A stretch of DNA of 64,000 bases from Gemmatimonadaceae bacterium (GCA_037134115.1 JBAXMW010000007.1:22485-86484), one strand, 5' to 3'. Counted from the stretch's first letter, positions 36,525 to 46,503 are shown. The notes: a model not told the origin generated them from the sequence alone. A program made the numbers and translations.

Positions 36525-39500
36525 TTAGTTGAACGTGTAGCGCAGCCCCAACTGCATCCGCCATACATCGGCCGAATTCGCCGTGTGCTGATACGACGTG
36601 CTGAGCAGGTCCGTGCCGATGTTGCGCAGCCGGTACAGCAGCGCGCCATTGGCGTCCGGGCCCTGCGGAAGCAGCGGCTGGCTCGACACAAGCCGCGTCC
36701 CGGCACCCCACTTCTTGTTGATGAGGTTGTCGAGGTTCAGGATATCGAGACGCAGCGACAACGTGTTGCGCTTGCCACCCAGATTCTGGAAGAGTTCCTG
36801 GGTGATCCCGAGGTCACTCCGGAACATGACCGGCAGAAACACCGCATTCCGCACGGCGTACTGGCCGCGGCGGCTGTTCAGGTACTTGTCCTGCTGAATG
36901 TACGACTCCCACACCGCCTGCTGTTCGGCCACCGTGAAGGTCCGGGTCACCCCGTTGGTGGTCACGGCATACTGCTGGAAGTTCATCTCCGACGCATTGC
37001 GCGGGATGTAAATCAGATCGTTCGTCGCGCCGTCACCGTTCGCGTCGGCACTGAACGTGTAGCTCGTGTTGCCCTGCGTGAAACCCTGCGTGAACAGGGA
37101 GATCGACGTGGCGCCGAACTTGAAGTACTCGTGGCGATACGAGAGCGCGAGGAACGCGCGATGCCCCGGGGAATACTGGGAGAACTGCACCCCAGGATTG
37201 TTCGGGTCATTCGCGGTGGCATTCGCCCCCCAGTTCGACGACGCCGTCGAGCCCGGATCAAACGAGTTCTTCGACACCCCGTACGAGTACGCCGCCTTGA
37301 CGAACAGGCCGTCCCGGAACTGCCGTTCCAGCGACGCCGCGAGGTTGTATGAATACCCCGTGTTGGCGTTACTCAGGACGAAGGCCGCCGAAATGTTCGG
37401 ATTGATGCGGTTGGCATTGTTCGCCGTGTTCCAGCGCATGCGCTGGTCCGCACCCGTGAAGTTCCCAACCGGCGCCGGCAGGTTGGCGTTGATGTAGTAC
37501 GCCCCGTTCATCTCGCGGTTGTACAACGCTTCCAACGTCCCGACAAATCCGAACGGCAGCTTGTGGTCCACCGCGATGTCCGTACGCCACACCTGCGAGA
37601 ACGTGTACTTGGGATCGGCGACGTCGAGCTCGTAGGCCGCGGCCGGGGCACCCGTGACCGTGGCCGGCTTGTACTTGGCTGGATCCGGGTTGAACGGGTA
37701 CGCCTTGGTGTTGGACTGATCGATCAGACCAGTGAGCACGCCCGTGTTCCCCAGCTGGTTCGACACCCACACGTACGGCGGCACGCCGGAGAAAATGCCG
37801 GTTCCGCCGCGCACCACGAAGGAGCGGTCACCCTTCGCATCCCAATTGATCCCGACCCGCGGCGAAATCAGCAGGTTTGCATTCGGCAGCTTCCCAGAGC
37901 TGTAGCTGACCGTCTTTCCCGCTTGGTCGCGGAAGCTCAGGGCATCCGCCTGCGGATTGGCAAACGCGGTGTTGCTGAACGACGGCAGATCGAAGCGCAG
38001 GCCATACGTGACCTTGAGATTCTTCGTCACGCGCCAATCGTCCTGCGCGTAGCCGCCATAGGTGTACACCTCGAGCGGCTGCAACGGCGTCGTCTGTCCC
38101 GGAATGTTGGCGTACCGGACCTGGAATCGCCGGAGGGTAACAGGCGAGGCTGTCCGCCCCTTGTTAGCCAGATAGTCGTTCGCGTCGGTGTAGAAGTCCG
38201 CGAGGGAATTATACACATAGCCCGACTGGAGCCCCGGCGCAAAGCCGTTCTCCGAGTTGTACTTCTGCGCCGAGATGCCAAAGGCAAACTCGTGCTTATC
38301 AGCATAGATCGTGAAGTTGTCCTGGAACTGCAACGTCTTGTACGTCAGGATGTTGCTCGGCGTGAACGGCTCGAAGCCGAACGACACGTAGTTGCTGCCG
38401 TTGTTCAAAATATCCACCAGCGGGAAGAACGAGCCCTTGTACTTCCGGCTTTCATCATTGCTGGTGACACCGGCAATGATCTGGTTCGACATGTTCGAGC
38501 CGATCTGCGAATTCAACTCACCGATCGTGGAGCGAATGTTTTCCATGATCGCGTAGTTCGACGCGCTGAAGCTCATGGAATTGGCATTGTTGATGCGACC
38601 GCCCGCCGAGTTACCAAAGGAGCCCGAGTTGGAGACGGGCTGGTCGGACTGGGAGTTCAGCATCGAGTAGCGGAGACTGAATTTGTTCCGCTCATTGATG
38701 TTGTAGTCGATCTTGCCGATGAAGCGCTGCGACGGAATCTGAAAATTGTAGCCCTGATAGGGGCCCGTCTCGTACCCAAAGTTGTCCTTGAGGTACTTGC
38801 TCAGCTGGTCGAGATCCGACTGCAGCACTCGCGTCACGTTGCCAGTGATCGGCTGCGTCCCGGTGTTGGCCGTGTAAGTCGTCGCCGGCAGGTTCAACGC
38901 GTCTTCGTCGTAGTTCACGAAGAAGAAGAGCTTGTTCCGGATGATCGGCCCGCTGACCCACCCGCCCGGCTGGGCGAACTTATACGTGCCCTTGTTGAAG
39001 AACAGGCCGGCCGTGCTGTCACCCTGCAGCCCCTGATTGCGCAGCGTGTAGTAGACCGAGCTCTTGAACTCGTTGGTGCCGGACTTGGTGACGGCATTCA
39101 CGCCGGCGCCCGTGAAGCTGCCCTGCCGCACGTCGAACGGGGCCACGTTGACCTGCAGCTGTTCGATGGCATCGATCGGGATCGGCGACACACCCGTACG
39201 CGCGCCCGGCTGCGAGCCAAGGCCGAAGGAGTTGTTGAAGGCCGAACCGTCCAGCGTGAAGTTGTTCAGACGATTGTCCTGACCGGCGAAGGACGATCCC
39301 GCCGACTGCGGCGTCAACCGCGTGAAGTCGGTGATGGTCCGACCGATCGTCGGCAACGCCTGCAGCGCTTCCTTCGTGATCGTGGTGGCGGCACCCGTCA
39401 CATTCGAGCTCAGCGATCCACCGGACGCCGTGACCTGCACGCCGGTCAGCGTCACCGCCGTCACCTTGAGCGAGAACGTCACATCGGTCGTCGCACCCAG

Positions 39501-39803
39501 CGTCACTTCCAGACCCCGCTGCGTGGTCTTTTCATAGCCCAGCGCGAGCGCTGAGACCGTGTACGGCCCACCGACACGCATGCCGGGGATCGTAAATCGG
39601 CCATCGGCTCGGCTCGTGGCCTGATAGGTCGTACCGGAGGGCTCATGCACGGCCATCACGCGCGCGCCAGCCAGCGCTCCGCGCTCCGTGGACACCGTGC
39701 CCGTCATGGCACCCGTCGTCACCTGCGCGAACGCCGTCCGGGCGCCCGTCAGGGATAGCATCATCGTTAGCACTGCAACTGCAATCCGACTCACGTGCCG
39801 CAT
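36525..39803 (-). CDS. Oar-like TonB-dependent receptor, copy 2
   Basis: Signal peptide; 'GRFTIPGMRVGGPYTV'; 'NNFTLDGSAFNNSFGL', 'APFDVRQGSFTGAGVNAVTKSGTN'; C-terminus 'QLGLRYTFN'. Confidence 0.9.
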   Translation of the reverse strand: MRHVSRIAVAVLTMMLSLTGARTAFAQVTTGAMTGTVSTERGALAGARVMAVHEPSGTTYQATSRADGRFTIPGMRVGGPYTVSALALGYEKTTQRGLEVTLGATTDVTFSLKVTAVTLTGVQVTASGGSLSSNVTGAATTITKEALQALPTIGRTITDFTRLTPQSAGSSFAGQDNRLNNFTLDGSAFNNSFGLGSQPGARTGVSPIPIDAIEQLQVNVAPFDVRQGSFTGAGVNAVTKSGTNEFKSSVYYTLRNQGLQGDSTAGLFFNKGTYKFAQPGGWVSGPIIRNKLFFFVNYDEDALNLPATTYTANTGTQPITGNVTRVLQSDLDQLSKYLKDNFGYETGPYQGYNFQIPSQRFIGKIDYNINERNKFSLRYSMLNSQSDQPVSNSGSFGNSAGGRINNANSMSFSASNYAIMENIRSTIGELNSQIGSNMSNQIIAGVTSNDESRKYKGSFFPLVDILNNGSNYVSFGFEPFTPSNILTYKTLQFQDNFTIYADKHEFAFGISAQKYNSENGFAPGLQSGYVYNSLADFYTDANDYLANKGRTASPVTLRRFQVRYANIPGQTTPLQPLEVYTYGGYAQDDWRVTKNLKVTYGLRFDLPSFSNTAFANPQADALSFRDQAGKTVSYSSGKLPNANLLISPRVGINWDAKGDRSFVVRGGTGIFSGVPPYVWVSNQLGNTGVLTGLIDQSNTKAYPFNPDPAKYKPATVTGAPAAAYELDVADPKYTFSQVWRTDIAVDHKLPFGFVGTLEALYNREMNGAYYINANLPAPVGNFTGADQRMRWNTANNANRINPNISAAFVLSNANTGYSYNLAASLERQFRDGLFVKAAYSYGVSKNSFDPGSTASSNWGANATANDPNNPGVQFSQYSPGHRAFLALSYRHEYFKFGATSISLFTQGFTQGNTSYTFSADANGDGATNDLIYIPRNASEMNFQQYAVTTNGVTRTFTVAEQQAVWESYIQQDKYLNSRRGQYAVRNAVFLPVMFRSDLGITQELFQNLGGKRNTLSLRLDILNLDNLINKKWGAGTRLVSSQPLLPQGPDANGALLYRLRNIGTDLLSTSYQHTANSADVWRMQLGLRYTFN

Positions 39804-39971
39804 GTCACTCTCCAATTCGAGGGATGGGGGCGAGACTCGCACCTACCTCGACGGAATGTGCACGGCCTGAGAAGTCAGAACAGTTGGGTTGGCAATCGTT
39901 TCGCTTCCGTTACCACCCGCCACCGCGCGCGACAGGACGCGCGATGGACGGAAAGGGGCGGAGCGTGATGA

Positions 39972-41351
39972 TCACGTGACGCGTCGCCCCACCGTCAGGA
40001 AGTAGACCGGGATCCCCAAGGCCACGATCCCGAGCACGCCGACCGTCCCCCACCGCTGCCCCGGATCCATCAACGCATTCACCAACAGGAACAGCGTCGC
40101 CAGGCAAAAAACCGCGGGCACAACCGGATACCCCGGCACCCGCATGGGGGGATCCCAGTCGGGCCGCTGCCGGAGCCGGAAAATCGCCCCGACGCTCAAG
40201 ATGTAGAACACCAGCGACGCCGTCACAAAGATGTCCGCCAACTGCTCGAAGGAGCGCAGCAGCACGAAGGCAATCCCGATCGACGCGGTCATCGCGATCG
40301 CGACATACGGCGTCTGGAACCGGGGATGCACCTTGGCCACGCCGCGGAAAAAGAGCCCGTCGTCGGCCATGGCAAAGAAAATGCGCGGCCCCGTCAGCAG
40401 CGACCCGTTCACCGAGCCAAAGGTCGACAGCAGCACCGTAATCGAGACCAGCGTCACGCCGATCGGTCCGATCAGCCGCTCCGCCACATCGGCCGCCACC
40501 AAGCGCGCCCCGCGGATCTCCTCCACCGACAGCACCGACAGATAGGCCACGTTCGCCAGCACGTAAATGGCGATGATCGCCAACGTGCCAATGATGATCG
40601 CCTTCGGGATCGTCCGCCGGGGATCGGCCACTTCGCCCCCCACCTTCGTCAGATCGCCCCAGCCGTCGTACGCCCAGAGCACCGACACCAGCGCGAGCCC
40701 AAAGGCGCTCACCGAAAAGCTTCCGGGCGGGGTCGCTGGCGTGAAATGCCCACCCGTCTGCGGCAACCCCAGCGCCAACGCCAACAGCACGATAAAGAGC
40801 AGCCCGCCGTACTTGGCGAGCGTGGTCACATTCTGCACGAGCGCCCCCCACCGCAGCCCCACCACGTTCACCGTGGCCATCAGCCCGAGGGCCAGCGCCG
40901 CCGTCCAGTGGGCGTAGGCATCGTAGGGCGCGAGCGCCGGATCATATCCCAGCGCCCGCAGCAGATACTCGGCGAAGGTGAGCGAAATCCCCCCGAGCGC
41001 CGCCGCCCGGATCAGGATCAGTTCGGTCCACCCGTACAGAAAGGCCGGCAACCGCCCCCACCCTTCCCGCACGAAGACGAAATACCCACCCGTCTTCGGC
41101 AGCGCTCCCGCGATCTCGGCCAACGTCAGGGCGCCACACAAGGCGAAGACGCCACCAATCGTCCAGACGGCGAGCATCGGCAGCGGCCCTGGGAGCTTGG
41201 CGGCAATCCCGGCCGGCGACCGGAAGATCCCGGAGCCGATCGTCGTCCCGATCACCACGGCAATCGCACTCCAGAGCCCAAGGCGACGGGGTAATTCGGT
41301 GGGGACGGCCGGTGCGGGACGTCCCGGGGCGGGAGACTGAGTCGAAGGCAT
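39972..41351 (-). CDS. APC-family amino acid permease
   Basis: 'GTTIGSGIF', 'AEIAGALPKTGG.F', 'WAYDGW', 'GPRIFFAMA', about 12 TM segments. Confidence 0.92.
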   Translation of the reverse strand: MPSTQSPAPGRPAPAVPTELPRRLGLWSAIAVVIGTTIGSGIFRSPAGIAAKLPGPLPMLAVWTIGGVFALCGALTLAEIAGALPKTGGYFVFVREGWGRLPAFLYGWTELILIRAAALGGISLTFAEYLLRALGYDPALAPYDAYAHWTAALALGLMATVNVVGLRWGALVQNVTTLAKYGGLLFIVLLALALGLPQTGGHFTPATPPGSFSVSAFGLALVSVLWAYDGWGDLTKVGGEVADPRRTIPKAIIIGTLAIIAIYVLANVAYLSVLSVEEIRGARLVAADVAERLIGPIGVTLVSITVLLSTFGSVNGSLLTGPRIFFAMADDGLFFRGVAKVHPRFQTPYVAIAMTASIGIAFVLLRSFEQLADIFVTASLVFYILSVGAIFRLRQRPDWDPPMRVPGYPVVPAVFCLATLFLLVNALMDPGQRWGTVGVLGIVALGIPVYFLTVGRRVT

Positions 41352-41455
41352 GCGCAATCCTACGCCCGGGGCCGCCGACCGGCCACCACCGATCGACACC
41401 CCAACGCCGGGTGGGGGGTCACTTGGCGAGGTGCACCGTCTAGGTTTCCGTCGCC

Positions 41456-41761
41456 ATGACCACCCTGTTTCTCCCCGGCCCTGTGGCCGACATGCTCTTC
41501 TGGGCGGCCGTTGTCGCCTGCGCCCTCGCGCAACTCTTCATTGTGCGGGCCGTCTGGCGCGTGCTGCCGCCGGTGCCGGCACCGGATGGCGCTGACGCCC
41601 AGGTGCCTGCGCCGCGCCGAGCCCAAGAGATGGCGTGGGCGCTGCTCCCCGCCCTCCTGATGGCGCTGCTCTTTGTGGGCGCCTGGCGGCAGATGCACCC
41701 GACACCATCGTCTTCGCCAATTCCCTCTCCGCTCCCCGAGACGCCCGCCGTCCGCGCCTGA
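41456..41761 (+). CDS. Small two-TM protein resembling only the N-terminal TM hairpin of cytochrome c oxidase subunit II
   Basis: TM1 'MLFWAAVVACALAQLFIV', a loop, then 'QEMAWALLPALLMALL' (compare the CoxII E-x-x-W-x-x-x-P motif). Confidence 0.6.
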   Translation: MTTLFLPGPVADMLFWAAVVACALAQLFIVRAVWRVLPPVPAPDGADAQVPAPRRAQEMAWALLPALLMALLFVGAWRQMHPTPSSSPIPSPLPETPAVRA

Positions 41762-41778
41762 GCCCGAGTGCCCTGATT

Positions 41779-42753
41779 ATGTCCGCTGCCCCGATTTCTG
41801 TGCTCCCTCCCGCGTCCATTCGCCGCGCCGCGCTGGCCGCTGCGACGGTCGCGCTGCTGCATATCATTTTCGGCGCCATCGTCCGTATCTCCGGCTCCGG
41901 CATGGGCTGCGGTGTCGATTGGCCCACCTGCCTCGGCTACTGGATCCCGCCCTTCACCACGCGGCCGGATCTCGCCATTGAACTGGTGCACCGCTACCTG
42001 GCCATCGTGCTGTTTGCGGCGATCGTCACTTTCGCCGTCACGGCGTTCCGGCATCGGCAGCACCCCGCCGTTGGCGGGAAGGGCGGCGCGTGGCATGCCG
42101 CGCGCGTGGCCGTCGCCCTCTGGTTCGCCCCGGCGATCTTTGGCGCCGTGACCGTGCACACGAAGAACGAGTACTGGGCGACGGTCGTGCATAAGCTGCT
42201 CGCTGCCTCCCTGCTCGCGGTGCTGGTGGCCGGCACCATCCGCGCCGGCGGACTTGGTGGCACCGCCATTCGTGGGCTGACGGGGACGCGCAAAGCCGTG
42301 GGTGGCGCGATGGGGGCCGCCGTCATGGCGCTCCTCGTGGTGCTGCTGGGCGGCCTCACCGCCAAGGTGACCGGCGCCGCCGTCGCCTGCGTGGGCTTCC
42401 CGCTCTGCGGCCCTGGCTCCTTGGGCGGTGGACCGCAGCACATTCAGCTCACGCATCGCGTCCTCGCCTACCTGTTGGTGCTGCACCTTACGTCGCTCCC
42501 CTTCCTCTTCCGCAAGCGGCAAGAGCCGGCGCCGATGCAGCGCGCCGCATGGCTCGGCATGGCCCTCGGCCTGCTGCAGGTTGTCTGGGCTGGGTGGATG
42601 GTGACCGGTGGATTCCCCGGCGTCGTGCGCTCGCTGCATCAGGCCACTGGCATTCTGATTTGGGTCACCAGCTTCACCATGCTGTATCTGGCACGCATCG
42701 CCAGCGGTCGCACCGTCCTCGCCGCCGATCGCTCGGCGGCAGCCACCTCCTGA
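41779..42753 (+). CDS. ctaA: Heme A synthase (COX15/CtaA family)
   Basis: 'SGMGCGVDWPTC', 'IELVHRYLA', 'VVHKLLA', 'ACVGFPLC', 'THRVLA', 'SLHQATG'. Confidence 0.88.
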   Translation: MSAAPISVLPPASIRRAALAAATVALLHIIFGAIVRISGSGMGCGVDWPTCLGYWIPPFTTRPDLAIELVHRYLAIVLFAAIVTFAVTAFRHRQHPAVGGKGGAWHAARVAVALWFAPAIFGAVTVHTKNEYWATVVHKLLAASLLAVLVAGTIRAGGLGGTAIRGLTGTRKAVGGAMGAAVMALLVVLLGGLTAKVTGAAVACVGFPLCGPGSLGGGPQHIQLTHRVLAYLLVLHLTSLPFLFRKRQEPAPMQRAAWLGMALGLLQVVWAGWMVTGGFPGVVRSLHQATGILIWVTSFTMLYLARIASGRTVLAADRSAAATS

Positions 42754-43688
42754 TGACCAGCGTGCCCATCGATCCGACCCCGACACCGACACCGCCGGCC
42801 CCACCGGCGCCGACGCTGTCGCGGGATCTGGTGACGCTGACCAAGCCGCGCATCATCTCGCTGCTGCTCGTCACCACCATCGCGCCGATGTACGCCGCCG
42901 GGTCGCCCTCGTGGCTCACCGTCGTGCTGGTCACGATCGGTGGATACCTGATGGCGGGTGGTGCCAATGCGGTCAACATGTATCTCGACCGCGACATTGA
43001 TGATGTCATGGCGCGCACGCGGTTGCGGCCGATTCCCAGCGGACGCATGTCCCCCACGCAGGTGCTCGCCTTCGGCGTGGCCTGCGCGACCTTCGCCACG
43101 TGGATGCTGGCGCAGTTCGTGAACGTGCTGACCGCCGGGCTCGCGCTCGCCGGCTTTTACTTCTACGTCTTCATCTACACCCGCTGGCTCAAGCGCACGT
43201 CGCCGCAGAACATCGTGATCGGCGGTGCCGCCGGCGCCTTTCCGCCGCTCGTCGGATGGGCGGCCGTCACGAATCGCCTCGATGTATCGGCGCTCTGCCT
43301 CTTCCTGATCGTGTTCTACTGGACGCCGCCGCACTTCTGGGCGCTCGCGCTCCTGAAGCAGGTGGACTACGGCCGCGCGCGCGTGCCGATGGCGCCACTC
43401 GTCTGGGGGGAACGCGAGACGATGCACCAGATGGTCTGGTACACCGTGATCCTCCTCGCGCTAACGATCCTGCCGGTGCTCTTCGGCACCTTCGGCCTGA
43501 TCTACCTCGTCTCCGCACTGATTCTCGGCGGGCTGCTCATGGGTGGCGTGCTCAAGATTCTGCGCGCCGCCCGCGCCGGCGTCTCGTGGGTGGCACCGGC
43601 CTGGTGGGTCTACAAGTACTCCCTGCTCTATCTCGCGCTGCTGTTTGTGGCGATGGCGGTCGATACCGCCGTCACGGGGCGTCAGTAA
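42753..43688 (+). CDS. ctaB: Protoheme IX farnesyltransferase (heme O synthase)
   Basis: 'LTKPRII', 'NMYLDRDIDDVMARTRLRPIPSG', 'YTRWLKRTSPQNIVIGG', 'WTPPHFWAL', 'DYGRARVPM'. Confidence 0.95.
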   Translation: MTSVPIDPTPTPTPPAPPAPTLSRDLVTLTKPRIISLLLVTTIAPMYAAGSPSWLTVVLVTIGGYLMAGGANAVNMYLDRDIDDVMARTRLRPIPSGRMSPTQVLAFGVACATFATWMLAQFVNVLTAGLALAGFYFYVFIYTRWLKRTSPQNIVIGGAAGAFPPLVGWAAVTNRLDVSALCLFLIVFYWTPPHFWALALLKQVDYGRARVPMAPLVWGERETMHQMVWYTVILLALTILPVLFGTFGLIYLVSALILGGLLMGGVLKILRAARAGVSWVAPAWWVYKYSLLYLALLFVAMAVDTAVTGRQ

Positions 43689-44620
43689 GCGACGTTTACC
43701 CGCGTCTCCACGCCGCCGGTGATGACCACGGGTACGGTGCGCACGCCCAAGCGCTCGTGCCACGTGAGCAGGGTGTAGCGCCCCGGTGGCACCCCGTCGA
43801 AGGCGAACGCGCCCGTCGGCGCGGTCACCATCACGAACGGATGCGGCACGACGACGACGGCACCGCGCACCCACGGATGCCAGTCGTCGCGCACCTCGAG
43901 AATCCCGGGGGTCGTCGCCACCGTGCTGGTCGGCACCACCTGCCCCGCATCCGTGAACGACACCGTGGCCCGCGCGGAGTCCGCGCCGTCGGCCTGGGTG
44001 AACCGAAGCCGCGAGGTCATCGCATCGCGGGACGTCACCAGCAGTGTTCCCCCGGCGGCGACCATCACGACGCGCGGCGTGAGCTGACAGCCGTCGAGCG
44101 TCAGAAACGCGCGGCGCGGCGCTTCGGGCGGCGGTCCATGCGTGACGCCCACGAGCCACACCACGGCATTGCCTACGCCACCATCGCGCGACGGCAACCA
44201 GGAATCTGTGAAGGGGTGACAGACGCCGACATCATGCGATGGAACAATGGCGCTGTCGCCGGCGACCGCGGTGCGTTGCGTCACCTGCCCGACCAACTGT
44301 CCCCCACCCACCACCGCCCCGCGCTCCACCCGGTACCGCACGGGGGCCCCCGTCGCATCGGTGCCCCGCAGCCGCGCCAAAGCGGCGGACGCCCCATCGC
44401 TCATCGGGCGACTGCGCGCATGATCCACCGTGACCATCGCCGCGGGGACGACCGAGTCCGCGGCGGCCGCCGTCGCGCCCGTTTGGGAGGACGACGTCGA
44501 CCCTCCGCAGGCCGCGAGCATCCCCAACAGCGGCAACCAGTGTGACACAACGCCCTGCCGTCGCACCGCCGGCGGTCTGTTCACCGATCGCGCGCGTTCC
44601 CGCTGCGGCTTAGACGACAA
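43682..44620 (-). CDS. Probable lipoprotein with cupredoxin-like and carboxypeptidase-regulatory-like domains (start uncertain)
   Basis: Lipobox 'LAAC-GGS'; 'LDGCQLTPRV', 'RDDWHPWV', 'PHPFVMVT..TGAFAFDGVPPGRYTLLTWHE'. Confidence 0.6.
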   Translation of the reverse strand: MSSKPQRERARSVNRPPAVRRQGVVSHWLPLLGMLAACGGSTSSSQTGATAAAADSVVPAAMVTVDHARSRPMSDGASAALARLRGTDATGAPVRYRVERGAVVGGGQLVGQVTQRTAVAGDSAIVPSHDVGVCHPFTDSWLPSRDGGVGNAVVWLVGVTHGPPPEAPRRAFLTLDGCQLTPRVVMVAAGGTLLVTSRDAMTSRLRFTQADGADSARATVSFTDAGQVVPTSTVATTPGILEVRDDWHPWVRGAVVVVPHPFVMVTAPTGAFAFDGVPPGRYTLLTWHERLGVRTVPVVITGGVETRVNVAY

Positions 44621-45791
44621 TCAAATCCCGCTGGATGTCGCCCGGCGTGATGAGCAGCGCGTCATCGCCCACGAAGCAATTCACTTCGCTGCGCACCCCG
44701 AGCTCGCCGGGGAGATAAATCCCAGGCTCGATCGAGAAGCCCACACCCGGAATCAGCACGCGATCGTCGCGCGACTCGAGGTGATCGATCTGCGGCCCGG
44801 AACCATGGAGCTCGCGGGCATCAATGCTATGCCCGGTCCGATGCCAGAACTGCGCACCGAAGCCGCGGTCGGTGATGACAGCGCGGGCCGCGTCGTCCGC
44901 TTCGGCACCACGAACCGGGACACCGGCAGCAATCCGCGAGGACAACAGCGTCAACGCGGCATCCCGCGCGTCGCGAACCGCCTCCCAGATCGTCACCACA
45001 CGCGACGACGGCGCGCCCATCGACGCCATCCACGTCTGGTCCGCATACACGCCGCCCGACCGTTCGCGCGCCCAGAGATCAATCAGCAGGACATCGCCCT
45101 GCTGAATCACGCGTGGGGCTGCGGCCGATGGCGCATAGTGCGGATTCGCCGCGTTCTCTGAAGCCGCCACATCCGGCCCGTGATCCGTCTCGAGTCCTGC
45201 CCGGTCAAAGGCCGACAGAATGCGCGCCTGCAGCACATGCTCCGCGACGGGGGTCCCCGCGGCAATCATGGCCCCAGCGTGCGCGATCGCGTCAAGCGCA
45301 ATCGCGCGGATCTGCTCCGCCGCCCGCTCGTGCGAGGCCCGCTGCGGGGCCGTCCACGTTGCATACACATGCGAGACCAGATCGGCCGACGACACGACGG
45401 TGGCGCCCATGCCACGAATCATCTCCAGCACCCCGGCCGGCACGCGATCGAGATACGGGATCGCATCGCCCGCCGAATACTCCATGGCAATGCGCTTGCC
45501 GGCGATCAGCGGCTGCACCTGCGCTTCGAGCTCGCGCCAGCCACTGTAGATCGTCAGCGGCCACGCGGCGGGCCACTGGGCCCACGGTCCCGGCTCAATC
45601 GCATGCTGAATCCCGACCGGTGTCCCCTCACGCGGGATGAAGGCAAAGACGCGTCGCGAGACGAGCCCGTCGAAGCCGAGCAACCCATGCGCGATCGCAT
45701 TGGTACCGCGGAAATCGTACAGCAACCAGCCATCCAAGTCGGCGGCGGCGAGCAACTGCTGCAGGCGGGGCAACAGCTCTGGCGTCAGCAT
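44610..45791 (-). CDS. M24 family (Xaa-Pro) metallopeptidase
   Basis: 'LIDLWA', 'YADQTW', 'HRTGHSI', 'FSIEPGIY', 'VRSEVN'. Confidence 0.9.
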   Translation of the reverse strand: MLTPELLPRLQQLLAAADLDGWLLYDFRGTNAIAHGLLGFDGLVSRRVFAFIPREGTPVGIQHAIEPGPWAQWPAAWPLTIYSGWRELEAQVQPLIAGKRIAMEYSAGDAIPYLDRVPAGVLEMIRGMGATVVSSADLVSHVYATWTAPQRASHERAAEQIRAIALDAIAHAGAMIAAGTPVAEHVLQARILSAFDRAGLETDHGPDVAASENAANPHYAPSAAAPRVIQQGDVLLIDLWARERSGGVYADQTWMASMGAPSSRVVTIWEAVRDARDAALTLLSSRIAAGVPVRGAEADDAARAVITDRGFGAQFWHRTGHSIDARELHGSGPQIDHLESRDDRVLIPGVGFSIEPGIYLPGELGVRSEVNCFVGDDALLITPGDIQRDLIVV

Positions 45792-45819
45792 AGAGACTCC
45801 CGGGGAACGACGGGGCGGA

Positions 45820-46503
45820 CTAGCGGCGGCGCCAATCGGCGCGCCATTGGCAACGGGCATCACCGCGCGTCCGACATTGCACGTGGTCCACGGACCCGTC
45901 CATGTCGGCCAGCACATGCAACGCCTCACGAAACGCGGCTTCGTACAATCCGCACCCAGCACCGCGCGGTGCCGCGTCGGCCGAGACGGGTGCGGCCACC
46001 TCGAGAATGAGCGAGCTCCCGCGACGGTCGAGTGAGCCATTCAGGAAGCGCGACGCGATGCGCTTGAGCGCCCCGAGGGCAATCGGGCGCCCAATCATCG
46101 ACGGCAGCGACTGCGCCGCGCGGCGGCGCGTGGCGCCAATGCTCCCCACGGCGGCGCGGGCGAGCCGACGTCCCGCCTCCCGAAAGGCCAGATCGGCATC
46201 GGGGCGACGGCCAATGAGCCGCGACAGGGCGAGCACTTCGTCAAACGGCGCGCGCTGCTGGCGACGCGCCGCCTCCTGATAGCGACGAATCTGCAGGAGC
46301 ACGGTTTCGCTCAACCCCAGCCGCTTGTTCCGCAGTTCGTGCACCAGCTCGGCATCGAGCTCCGCCTCCGGCGTGTCGATGGCCTTGACGGCCTCCAGCA
46401 AGGCCAGTGGCAGGCTCGCTTCCACTGGAAGCCCCTGCAGAGGCAGCAAAGATTCGCCGGTCCCTGGGGCCCGCGTCGCAGTTCCGTCGTTCTCGTAGGA
46501 CAC
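45820..46503 (-). CDS. Stand-alone V4R-like small-molecule-binding domain protein (start uncertain)
   Basis: C-terminal 'GAGCGLYEAAF...DHVQCRTRGDARCQW' pattern (C...H..C...GD..C). Confidence 0.55.
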   Translation of the reverse strand: MSYENDGTATRAPGTGESLLPLQGLPVEASLPLALLEAVKAIDTPEAELDAELVHELRNKRLGLSETVLLQIRRYQEAARRQQRAPFDEVLALSRLIGRRPDADLAFREAGRRLARAAVGSIGATRRRAAQSLPSMIGRPIALGALKRIASRFLNGSLDRRGSSLILEVAAPVSADAAPRGAGCGLYEAAFREALHVLADMDGSVDHVQCRTRGDARCQWRADWRRR

